Source: an uncultured Acidimicrobiia bacterium (GTDB lineage: Bacteria; Actinomycetota; Acidimicrobiia; Spongiisociales; ZC4RG35). From it: DNA of 64,000 nucleotides. The DNA lies in the NCBI GenBank assembly GCA_964195235.1, contig CAXMOW010000001.1, positions 20,726 through 84,725 of the forward strand. Reading direction: 5' to 3'. A program made the translations under genes and the position numbers. The notes beneath the pieces were generated by a model. That model had not been told where the DNA came from. It made no database searches and was given only the letters and a program-made list of their open reading frames with translations. Position 1 is the first letter of the stretch; each line of letters starts with the position of its first letter. Below are positions 53,693 through 61,463 of the stretch, piece by piece.

Positions 53693-54201
53693 AGATGGTG
53701 GCAATGGCCTTGATCCTTGGCCTGCAGCTGGGCGGTGCCTTTGGTGTTGCGACCGCTGAAGTCGATTCCATCTCCGAAGACTCGATGATCCTCTCTCTCG
53801 AAGTCGAGCTGAGAAGCTCCGCCCAAGCAGTAGTCGCCCATCTCGCGTTTGACGACGACCCACAGATCGCCATTCCCCTTCTCGGTCGAGGTGGAGGCGT
53901 ATTCGGGATACGAACCGAGATTGCCCCCAAGAACTATGTGGTGGTTTTTGAAGCGATTGGTGTCGATGACGGATTGTCCCCGCCTGCGCTTCTCACCGCC
54001 CTCGGGGCTGACTTTGGAGACAATGAGGTTCCGACTCCAACCACCGTGCCTCCGTCGGATGAGGGGTTGAGCCCCGAAACCAAGCGTTTCGGTTGGCTGG
54101 CTCTGGCTCTATCGGCTGGTTCGCTTTCCCTCCTAGCGTTTTGGGTGATTGTTGGTCGGGACAAAGAGGATGAAACTTCGGACGTGTCCGAGGAGGAGTG
54201 A
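53689..54201 (+). CDS. Secreted/membrane-anchored hypothetical protein
   Basis: Its ATG overlaps the glpQ stop (ATGA). The signal peptide is MKMVAMALILGLQLGGAFGVATA. A C-terminal TM helix and an acidic tail follow. Confidence 0.55.
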   Translation: MKMVAMALILGLQLGGAFGVATAEVDSISEDSMILSLEVELRSSAQAVVAHLAFDDDPQIAIPLLGRGGGVFGIRTEIAPKNYVVVFEAIGVDDGLSPPALLTALGADFGDNEVPTPTTVPPSDEGLSPETKRFGWLALALSAGSLSLLAFWVIVGRDKEDETSDVSEEE

Positions 54202-54202
54202 C

Positions 54203-54706
54203 GTGATTCGCCCGGCGGTCGTTGGCGATGCTGATGCTCTGGGCCGAATCCATGTCAGGTCGTGGCAGGTGGGCTACAAAGGTGTTTTCGAGCGCGAGTT
54301 CCTTGATGGCCTGGACATCCAGGCGAGAGCTGATTGGTTCAGGCGTGTCATCAGCAAGGGAACCCTTGTGCTCACAGCCGATTTCGAGGGAGACCCTGTT
54401 GGGTTTGCAATGGTGGGCCCGGCGCGTGTCGGTGATGACGACTGGGGTGAAGTCTTTTCGATTTATGTTGATCCAGACTTCTGGGGAGAAGGGTATGGGT
54501 TCCGGCTGCTGACTGCAGCAGAGGCGGAATTGAGCGATGAAGGGTTCGAACGTGGCTTGTTGTGGGTGCTGGGCAGCAACACTCGAGCTCGACTGTTCTA
54601 CGAACGGCAGGACTGGGATCTGAGTCGCCAGATCAAACTGGAACAGATCGGAGGGGTCCAGGTCAACGAGGTTCGCTACGAGAAGGATCTGCAAAGTAAC
54701 GCTTGA
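54203..54706 (+). CDS. GNAT-family N-acetyltransferase
   Basis: The GTG at 54203 gives VIRPAVVGDADALGRIH. The acetyl-CoA site is YVDPDFWGEGYGFRLL. Confidence 0.85.
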   Translation: MIRPAVVGDADALGRIHVRSWQVGYKGVFEREFLDGLDIQARADWFRRVISKGTLVLTADFEGDPVGFAMVGPARVGDDDWGEVFSIYVDPDFWGEGYGFRLLTAAEAELSDEGFERGLLWVLGSNTRARLFYERQDWDLSRQIKLEQIGGVQVNEVRYEKDLQSNA

Positions 54707-55322
54707 CGAACTCGAGGTCTTCGGGAAATGTGACCTTGATGTTGGAGGGGTCGGCGGGCACGGCAGCGATCTCCAATTCTCCGTACCGGTGGACGATCTC
54801 GACGGTGTCGTGGCCGTCATATCCCGCTTCGGCTGATCGAACATACGCCGCGAACAGCTCCGGCCCGCGGAAGACTTGTGGTGTTTGCGCAACTACCGGT
54901 CGCTCCACCGGTTTGAGTTCGCGCCGATAAACGAGAAGGTCGTCTGGCTTCCACACTGGGACTGCTCCTCCCGTGGCCTCAGCTGTCAGGAATAGTTGAT
55001 CGATCAGTTTTGGTTCCACCAGTGGCCGCGCCGCATCGTGGATGCCGATCAGATCGAAGTTGCCTCCCAGGGCGGTCAGCCCAGCCATCTCGCTGAGGGT
55101 GCGTGAACTCCCTCCGGGCACGATCTCGACGTCCAGCCCCAGACTCGAGATTCCCTCGATGATGTCGGGGCGGATCACCAGAACGCATTTGTCCACTAAG
55201 TCCCGAACAGCAGCAACCGTGTGCGAGACCAGAGGCTCGCCTGCCACTTCTGCAAGGAGCTTGTCGTCACCGAATCGGGAACTGGAGCCGCCGCCCACAA
55301 CGATCATGGCTCTGGTCAGCAT
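54663..55322 (-). CDS. ispD: 2-C-methyl-D-erythritol 4-phosphate cytidylyltransferase
   Basis: This is the inner ATG at 55322 (MLTRAMIVVGGGSSSRFG...). It has HDAARPLV and VAQTPQVF motifs. It is 219 aa. Confidence 0.9.
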   Translation of the reverse strand: MLTRAMIVVGGGSSSRFGDDKLLAEVAGEPLVSHTVAAVRDLVDKCVLVIRPDIIEGISSLGLDVEIVPGGSSRTLSEMAGLTALGGNFDLIGIHDAARPLVEPKLIDQLFLTAEATGGAVPVWKPDDLLVYRRELKPVERPVVAQTPQVFRGPELFAAYVRSAEAGYDGHDTVEIVHRYGELEIAAVPADPSNIKVTFPEDLEFVKRYFADPSRSEPR

Positions 55323-55344
55323 CCGCCGAGGGTACCTTTCGGTT

Positions 55345-55683
55345 GTGGTCAGCATCCTCGAGTTGAAACAGCGTCTCGCCGGCGGCGGAGACTGGGTCGT
55401 TTTTGACTCTCGAGGGGACGCGCTCGACGTAGCGGTGCCTCCGGATATCGGGCTTGCCACGCTCTTGGTTGTTCCCGTCACCGACGCCCTCAAAACGATC
55501 ACGACTGATCGGCTGGTGGACCAGTCACTGGACCGGGACAAATTCTGGGCAGTGGAGGGGTATGCACTCAATCGGGTTGTCGTGGGCCGTCTCGGGTCCT
55601 CGGATCTGACCCCGCGTGAGCTTTACGACGCCGTTTCCGAACTTCGTCTCGGGTGGCAGGTCAAAGCATTGGCTGAGATCTGA
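55345..55683 (+). CDS. Truncated IspD-like paralogue (lacks the N-terminal CTP-binding loop)
   Basis: This is the tail of ORF 55042..55683 from GTG 55345. VVPVTDALKTITTDRLVDQSLDRDKFWAVEGYAL resembles the IspD core motif PV.DT.K...R..LW..QTPQ. Its stop overlaps the tyrA ATG (TGATG). Confidence 0.45.
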   Translation: MVSILELKQRLAGGGDWVVFDSRGDALDVAVPPDIGLATLLVVPVTDALKTITTDRLVDQSLDRDKFWAVEGYALNRVVVGRLGSSDLTPRELYDAVSELRLGWQVKALAEI

Positions 55684-56768
55684 TGTCTGGCGAGCTGGCA
55701 GAGGTCCGAGCTGAGATCGCCGAGATCGACCGTCAAATCATTGAGCTGGTGGCACGGCGGTCGGGCTTCGCCGAACGACTCGGCTCTCTGAAGAGCGAAA
55801 ACGGGTCGCCCATTCGCGACTACGGCCACGAGAAGACGGTTGTTGACCGTGCCCGAACCGTCGCCGAATCGGTAGGCGTTTCAGAGGAACTCGCCGAGCG
55901 CATCATGCTCCAACTAATCCTCGCGTCGTTGGAAGTGCAGGAGAGAGGCCAGGTTGAGGCTTCTTCGGCGGGGACAGGGCGGAGCGCATTGGTGATAGGC
56001 GGATCTGGCCAGATGGGGCGCTGGTTCGTTCGCTTCCTCAGGTCTCAGGGATTCGGAGTCACCGTGGCCGACCCCATCGGTGGAGACTGTGACGACTGGC
56101 GCGATGCTGACAGTGCCTTCGATATCTATGTCATCGCGACGCCGTTGACGGTCGCGTCGGAGGTGCTGGTTCAAATGAGTCAAAATCCCCCCGCTGGTCT
56201 CATATATGACATCGGCTCGCTGAAGACGCCACTCAGGAGTGGTCTGAGTCAACTGGTCGCTGCTGGGGGTCGGGTTGCGTCGATCCACCCCATGTTTGGA
56301 CCGGAAACCAACCTGTTGTCTGGTCGTCACGTGGTTGTTGTAGACCTGGGTGTCGAAGAGGCGACGGACGGGGCGAGAGAGCTGTTTTCTTCCACCATGG
56401 TCTCTTTGGTCGAGATGGACCTTGACTCTCATGACCGGCTGATCGCATACATTCTCGGCCTGTCCCATGCCCTGAACATTGCCTTCTTCACGGCACTTGC
56501 AGGAAGCGGGGAGACGGCGTCCCACCTCGCCGACTTGTCCAGCACTACCTTCGATCGCCAACTTGCTGTAGCGAGTCAGGTGGCGCGGGAAAACCCCAAT
56601 CTCTACTTCGAGATTCAGCATCTCAACGATTACGGAGACGAGTCTTTGGCTGCTCTGGCCGCGGCCGTCGAACGACTTCAAGAGGTTGTCAGTTCAGGTG
56701 ATAGCGACGGGTTTGTCGAGTTGATGCAGCGAGGATCTCGCTATTTCGACGAGACCGGACTCGGCTAG
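55683..56768 (+). CDS. tyrA: Bifunctional chorismate mutase / prephenate dehydrogenase
   Basis: 361 aa. The N-terminal ~85 aa form an AroQ-type chorismate mutase helix bundle (VRAEIAEIDRQIIELVARR). An NAD fold (ALVIGGSGQMGRWF) and the prephenate dehydrogenase core (HPMFGP) follow. Confidence 0.9.
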   Translation: MSGELAEVRAEIAEIDRQIIELVARRSGFAERLGSLKSENGSPIRDYGHEKTVVDRARTVAESVGVSEELAERIMLQLILASLEVQERGQVEASSAGTGRSALVIGGSGQMGRWFVRFLRSQGFGVTVADPIGGDCDDWRDADSAFDIYVIATPLTVASEVLVQMSQNPPAGLIYDIGSLKTPLRSGLSQLVAAGGRVASIHPMFGPETNLLSGRHVVVVDLGVEEATDGARELFSSTMVSLVEMDLDSHDRLIAYILGLSHALNIAFFTALAGSGETASHLADLSSTTFDRQLAVASQVARENPNLYFEIQHLNDYGDESLAALAAAVERLQEVVSSGDSDGFVELMQRGSRYFDETGLG

Positions 56769-56783
56769 CTGTCCGACACGGCT

Positions 56784-57560
56784 CTAGTCAGACTTGCGAC
56801 CCTTGAGGGCCCAGTAGGCGAGGACTGCAGCTATCCCGGTGGCGACTGCGGCACCGGCAACCTCTTTGGTGGCCAGTTTGTCGCGAAGGGTGACAGCCGA
56901 TTCGAACTCTCGGACCGGCCACGCCCTTTCTTCTGCGATCTCGGCCAGTTCGGTGTCGGGATTGACCACCACCGGGTTTCCCACTGCTTCAAGCATTGGT
57001 AGGTCGGTCACCGAATCCGAGTATGCGTAGCTCAATTCGAGGTCGATGCCGTCGGCATTGGCCATCTCTCGCATTGCCTCGGCTTTCCCGGGTCCAAATG
57101 CATAGAACTCGATGTTTCCGGTGTAGATGCCCGCTTCGTCGACTTCACTTCGGGTGGCAATGACATCACTGATTCCGAGATACCTGCACAATGGTCGAAC
57201 GATTTCCTCTGGGCTGGCTGAGATGACAACTACCCGTCGTCCCTCTCGTTTGTGCTGATCGATGATGGCGAGGGCTTCGGAATAGACAAGCGGAGCCACA
57301 ACCTCGTCGACGGTCTCCTCCACGAGAGCCACGACCTCATCACGTGACCAGCCTTGAACCAGGCCGGCCAACTCGTCTTTGATCCGCTCTAGCTGGTCAT
57401 GGTCGGCGCCGAACGCCTGGTAATAGGCCTGGGCTATCCCGGCTTTGGCGAGCATCGACCCGCTGAGCATTCCGGCCCTGAACATGGGACGGGTGAAGGC
57501 CAAGGTCGAAGACTTGGCGATGATTGTCTTGTCGAGGTCGAAGAAAGCTGCCTCGGTCAT
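56784..57560 (-). CDS. HAD-IB family hydrolase (SerB-like) with C-terminal TM helix
   Basis: This is the inner ATG at 57560 (MTEAAFFDLDKTII, the DxDxT motif). As I recall, the mycobacterial tad locus has the same neighbour (Rv3661-like). Confidence 0.85.
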   Translation of the reverse strand: MTEAAFFDLDKTIIAKSSTLAFTRPMFRAGMLSGSMLAKAGIAQAYYQAFGADHDQLERIKDELAGLVQGWSRDEVVALVEETVDEVVAPLVYSEALAIIDQHKREGRRVVVISASPEEIVRPLCRYLGISDVIATRSEVDEAGIYTGNIEFYAFGPGKAEAMREMANADGIDLELSYAYSDSVTDLPMLEAVGNPVVVNPDTELAEIAEERAWPVREFESAVTLRDKLATKEVAGAAVATGIAAVLAYWALKGRKSD

Positions 57561-57628
57561 GCAGCTCAAGCTAATGGCTGACATCCAAGGGTCTTGTATC
57601 CGCTGCCCCACGTCCGTACGTTCGAACG

Positions 57629-58179
57629 ATGGTTGGGAATGGGAGAGGAACCGTTCTGGCTGTGCGATCAGTCGACCCCGTTCTTTCGGTGGTAGCGCCG
57701 CTTGGTCTGGCTGCTTCAGCCGGAACGGCGCTGATGGTTGATCTCACGGGCGATCTTCAAATGGGCGGTGGCCGCACGCTCGCCGACATCGACGCCGAAG
57801 GCCCTCGTTGGATGAGCTGAGCCCTGGTCGATCGGGAGTGGCCGTGATCGGATCGGGTGGTATCGACTTCAGCCGCGCTGTCGAGTTGATTGCTGATCTT
57901 GGGACTCGCTGGCCGGCTCTGGTGGTACGGGTCAATGGCACGCCCTGGGATGGGCCGACCGTTCCGGTGGTACCTCTCTATCCAGGATGGCTCGCCGGGC
58001 CCACCGAGGCGGCCTCAGTGTGGCAGCCGATCAGATCATCACCTACACCCTCCGGTCCGGGACCAGTTCTCCCGATCCTGAAACCGGTTCTGGTCCGTCG
58101 TCTACTCAGCGGACGACTCCCGGTTCGGAGTCGTTGGATTCGGTCCTGGTCGAGGGTATGGGATCTGCCGTGGGCGTGA
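57629..58179 (+). pseudogene. CpaE/Ssd-like (helicase/secretion-neighbourhood type) gene, apparently split by a frameshift
   Basis: Two overlapping ORFs lie in different frames. 57629..57820 ends ...TLADIDAEGPRWMS*. 57808..58179 reads LDELSPGRSGVAVIGSGG... and is open from 57742. A single 1-nt shift near 57800-57808 would join them. Confidence 0.55.
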
Positions 58180-59207
58180 TCGATCAGATCAGCCGAGTCA
58201 TCGCGGTCGGCGACACCAGATTGGCACCGACAGAGGTTGAGTCCGAGGCTCGTCGACTTCTCAACAGTGTTTCCCCGTGGCGTGCGTCAGAGTCCGTCGG
58301 CGCGGTTGTGGACCAAGTCCTCGGCTTGGGTCCTGTTGAGTCCCTCCTCCGTGATCCGAGTGTGACCGATGTCGTCGTCAACGGTCCAGACGAGATCTGG
58401 GTCGACCGAGGTGCGGGACTCGAACTCTCCGGCTCTCGCTTTCGGTCGTCGGACGAGGTGATTGCGATTGTGGAGCGGGTGATCGCCCCTCTTGGATTGC
58501 GCGTAGATCGATCCGCACCCATGGTCGATGCCCGACTTCCCGATGGGAGTCGACTTCACGCGGTCTTGCCACCGGCAGCCGTGGAGGGGCCGTTGGTGGC
58601 TATCCGTCGCTTTACTCAAAAAGTCAAGACACTCGACGACCTGGTTGGTGCCGGAACAGCCACGACTGACCAGTTGGCGGTGTTGCGAAACGCCGTAGTG
58701 GAGGCGCAGACGCTGGTCGTGTCGGGAGGAACAGGCGCCGGCAAGACGACCCTGCTCAATCTTCTCGGAGCAGAGATTCCAGCCGACGTGCGGGTTGTCA
58801 CGATCGAAGATTCCGCCGAACTACGGCTTCCGGGTCACGTCGTTCGGCTGGAGGCACGACCCGCCAACTCTGAAGGAGTCGGGGAGGTCACCATCCGCTC
58901 TCTGGTCAGGTCGGCGCTCCGACTCCGTCCCGACCGCATCATCGTTGGGGAGGTGAGGGGACCGGAGGCCCTCGATTTGATGACCGCCCTCAACACCGGT
59001 CATCGCGGATCGATGACCACAGTTCACGCCAATTCTCCGCGTGAAGCCATTTGGAAGCTGGAAACGCTTGCACTCATGGAGGGAACAATCTCCGAATCGG
59101 CTGTTGCCCGACAGCTAGAGGCGGCAGTTGACATTGTTGTTCAGATTGAGCGGACCCCCACCGGACGTGTCATCTCAGCAATCGAGGAGGGCTCGTGGAG
59201 CTCCTGA
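58176..59207 (+). CDS. CpaF/TadA-like secretion ATPase (locus 2)
   Basis: This is the inner part of ORF 57987..59207. The start is GTG 58176 (GTGA overlap with the previous stop) or ATG 58158. Walker A is GGTGAGKTT; IIVGEVRGPEALDL and TVHANS are also present. Confidence 0.9.
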   Translation: MIDQISRVIAVGDTRLAPTEVESEARRLLNSVSPWRASESVGAVVDQVLGLGPVESLLRDPSVTDVVVNGPDEIWVDRGAGLELSGSRFRSSDEVIAIVERVIAPLGLRVDRSAPMVDARLPDGSRLHAVLPPAAVEGPLVAIRRFTQKVKTLDDLVGAGTATTDQLAVLRNAVVEAQTLVVSGGTGAGKTTLLNLLGAEIPADVRVVTIEDSAELRLPGHVVRLEARPANSEGVGEVTIRSLVRSALRLRPDRIIVGEVRGPEALDLMTALNTGHRGSMTTVHANSPREAIWKLETLALMEGTISESAVARQLEAAVDIVVQIERTPTGRVISAIEEGSWSS

Positions 59208-59833
59208 TGGTCGCTGTTGCGGTTGGCGGTGGTCTGGAGACCCGCAAGATCGTGCTCCTTTCCGGCGTTGTCCTTGCACCGTTGGCAGTGCTTGCTGGGC
59301 TCGCGTATCTCTACTGGAAACAGCGGCGGGTTGCCGAGAGTCGTGCAGCGATGTTCTGTGAAGGGGTCGCGTCTGAACTTCGTTCCGGTTCACCCCTCGC
59401 GCATGCGCTGTCTGCCGCCGCCGCCGCCGTGGAAGGACCAGAACTCGAGGCTCTCAGACTGAACACTCCTCCGGTTGAGGCAGCCCACATCATCGGACAG
59501 GCCTTTTCGGATGTTGGACCCGAACTCGAAGCCACAATCACCGCCGCTTTCAGGGGTGGTGCGCAATCGGCTGGGCTGTTTGACGAAATTGGCTCATTGG
59601 CGATTGCTCAGGCCGAGGTCAGCCGGGAGGTGCGTGTGGCTTCGGCGTCGGCCCGTGCAACGGCACTGGTATTCGTCGGAGCACCGACGGCCTACCTGAT
59701 CTATCAAGCGAGATCGGACCAGCTAGCACGACTTCTTGTTCACCCGGAGCAGAGGGTCGTGGCAGTGATAGGTCTCGCTCTCTTCGCTTTCGGTCTGTCA
59801 GCGGCCGGCCTGCTGGCCTGGAGAGCTCGATGA
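59195..59833 (+). CDS. TadB-like T2SS-F family membrane protein (locus 2)
   Basis: 212 aa. The start is GTG 59195 or ATG 59207, which overlaps the ATPase stop. It has an N-terminal TM, a soluble domain and C-terminal TMs. Confidence 0.75.
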   Translation: MELLMVAVAVGGGLETRKIVLLSGVVLAPLAVLAGLAYLYWKQRRVAESRAAMFCEGVASELRSGSPLAHALSAAAAAVEGPELEALRLNTPPVEAAHIIGQAFSDVGPELEATITAAFRGGAQSAGLFDEIGSLAIAQAEVSREVRVASASARATALVFVGAPTAYLIYQARSDQLARLLVHPEQRVVAVIGLALFAFGLSAAGLLAWRAR

Positions 59834-60372
59834 GCAACATCGTTGTTGGTGCGGCCATCGGGATGATGATCGGTGGTCCCCTTCTCGCGGTGATCGGCGG
59901 TCTGATGCCGATGGCCATCGTCCGACTCCGCAGTCGACCCGACCGAGCACCACCTGTCAGGCTGGTGATGCTGCTGTTACTCGTCGAGCTTCGATCGGGC
60001 CTGTCGGTGCTTGCGTCGCTCCAAGCCGTGGCTGTGGCCCTTCCCGGGTATTCAGCACTTCGGCAGGTGAGTCGTGTGGCGACTGTGTCTGGTCTTGCCT
60101 CTTCTATCGAATCCGCCGACGAACAACTCCGTCCAGTTGTCGCTCAACTGGCGCGCGCTCAGCGATCGGGAGCCTCGCTTTCGGAAACGGTCAGACGTCT
60201 CCTTGATCGCGACCTGGCCGCAGAACGCACTCGAAGGCTGGTCAAAGCACGTTCGCTTCCGGTCAAACTGATGATCCCAATCACCCTTCTCATGCTTCCC
60301 GGTCTCGTTTTGGTGGTTTACGCGCCAACGCTGTTCGGCCTGTTCGACGATCTGACAGGTGCCTGGCAATAA
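59830..60372 (+). CDS. TadC-like T2SS-F family membrane protein (locus 2)
   Basis: 180 aa. It overlaps the previous stop (ATGA). LELRSGLSVLASL...AQRSGASLSETV and C-terminal TM helices are present. Confidence 0.75.
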   Translation: MSNIVVGAAIGMMIGGPLLAVIGGLMPMAIVRLRSRPDRAPPVRLVMLLLLVELRSGLSVLASLQAVAVALPGYSALRQVSRVATVSGLASSIESADEQLRPVVAQLARAQRSGASLSETVRRLLDRDLAAERTRRLVKARSLPVKLMIPITLLMLPGLVLVVYAPTLFGLFDDLTGAWQ

Positions 60373-60459
60373 AGCATTGCTTGGCAATAGGACATGGCAT
60401 GGCAGTGAAATCCGCACTTCTCCCCGCACCGGTCGGAAACCGGACTGGAAGGAGTGTCT

Positions 60460-60657
60460 ATGACGCGAATTTGGAACCGGCTGCTCGCAGCAGCACAAGA
60501 TGAACGTGGTCAGGGAACTGTCGAGTATTTCCTCGTCATTCTTGCTGCTACGGCGTTGGCAATTATTGCCCTGAAGTGGCTGCAGTCAGGCAGCGGTGGT
60601 GGTCTGCTGGGAAACTTGTTCGGGAAGGTTATCGGGTGGGTGGTCGGCCGGTTCTAA
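60460..60657 (+). CDS. flp: Flp-type pilin precursor (DUF4244-like, locus 2)
   Basis: The ATG at 60460 lies 5 nt after GGAAGGAG; the track start is GTG 60454. DERGQGTVEYFLVILAATALAIIAL carries the classical Flp G/XXXXEY motif followed by a hydrophobic helix. Confidence 0.8.
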   Translation: MTRIWNRLLAAAQDERGQGTVEYFLVILAATALAIIALKWLQSGSGGGLLGNLFGKVIGWVVGRF

Positions 60658-61019
60658 CAGCAGAACGGGGGAGTGTGACTGTGGAGTTCTTCCTTGTGCT
60701 GCCGATGGTGATCCTCGTTCTTGTGGCAGGGCTCCAGGTGGTGGGCGTGGCCAAAGCGCGGATCGAGTTGATCGGCGCGGTGCGGGAGGGAGCCCGAGTT
60801 GCGGCAACGTCGCCGGACCCTGCTCGAGCGGTTGATGCCGTCCAGGCCGCGCTTCCCCTTTCTGTCCGTGATCGTGTGAGGATCTCCGTGTCACGTCCGG
60901 GGGTTGTCGGAAAGCAAGCGAGGGTCTCAGCGACATTCCGATATCAACTGGTCGGACCGTTGCCGACGGGCCTTGGTGTCGACATCTCGGCGTCCGCCGT
61001 GATGCTTGTTGAGCGATGA
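60636..61019 (+). CDS. TadE-like protein (locus 2)
   Basis: This is the inner part of ORF 60576..61019, starting at GTG 60636 or 60675. ERGSVTVEFFLVLPMVILVLVAGLQ is the TadE N-terminal motif. Confidence 0.75.
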   Translation: MGGRPVLTAERGSVTVEFFLVLPMVILVLVAGLQVVGVAKARIELIGAVREGARVAATSPDPARAVDAVQAALPLSVRDRVRISVSRPGVVGKQARVSATFRYQLVGPLPTGLGVDISASAVMLVER

Positions 61020-61395
61020 GAGAGGGGTGGCAGCCATCGCCATGGCGGCGATGGCTGCTCTCCTCGCAACAGTCATTGTTGGCGTTGTATCTGTCGGGAT
61101 TGCCTTTGCCGCCAGGTCCCAGGCGGTCGCCGGGGCGGATGCCGCCGCGCTGGCTGCGGCGGTGGCCACCTATCCGGCTGCCGCCAACACTGCTCCCGGT
61201 CAGTTGGCAGCTTCGGTCGCCCGTGCCAATGGAGCCGAATTGGTTTTCTGTTCCTGTCGAGTTGATGCATCGCTGGAGGCACGGGTGGTCGTTGTGATCG
61301 TGGAAGTGCCGGTGGACGTTCCTATCTTCGGAAATCTTTCCATCCGTGTCGGGGCCCGGGCGGAGTTCGACCCACGACGCTGGCTTGGCCGTTGA
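61006..61395 (+). CDS. Rv3654c-family TadE-like protein
   Basis: 129 aa. DERGVAAIAMAAMAALLATVIVGVVSVG...ADAAALAAA...CSC matches the pattern of the helicase/secretion-neighbourhood TadE-like family, as I recall it. Confidence 0.7.
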   Translation: MLSDERGVAAIAMAAMAALLATVIVGVVSVGIAFAARSQAVAGADAAALAAAVATYPAAANTAPGQLAASVARANGAELVFCSCRVDASLEARVVVVIVEVPVDVPIFGNLSIRVGARAEFDPRRWLGR

Positions 61396-61463
61396 ACGAT
61401 ATGCGTGTGCACGCGGACGCATATTTGAACGCGCTGGGCGCACGCTCAGCAATAATCGGTGTC

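Noticed and set aside
60586-61452. A 288-aa minus-strand ORF spanning the end of Tad locus 2.
   Set aside because: It is antisense to the flp, tadE-like and Rv3654c-like genes, all of which have clear N-terminal signatures. Its product is extremely Arg/Pro/Gly-rich. I treat it as a shadow ORF.
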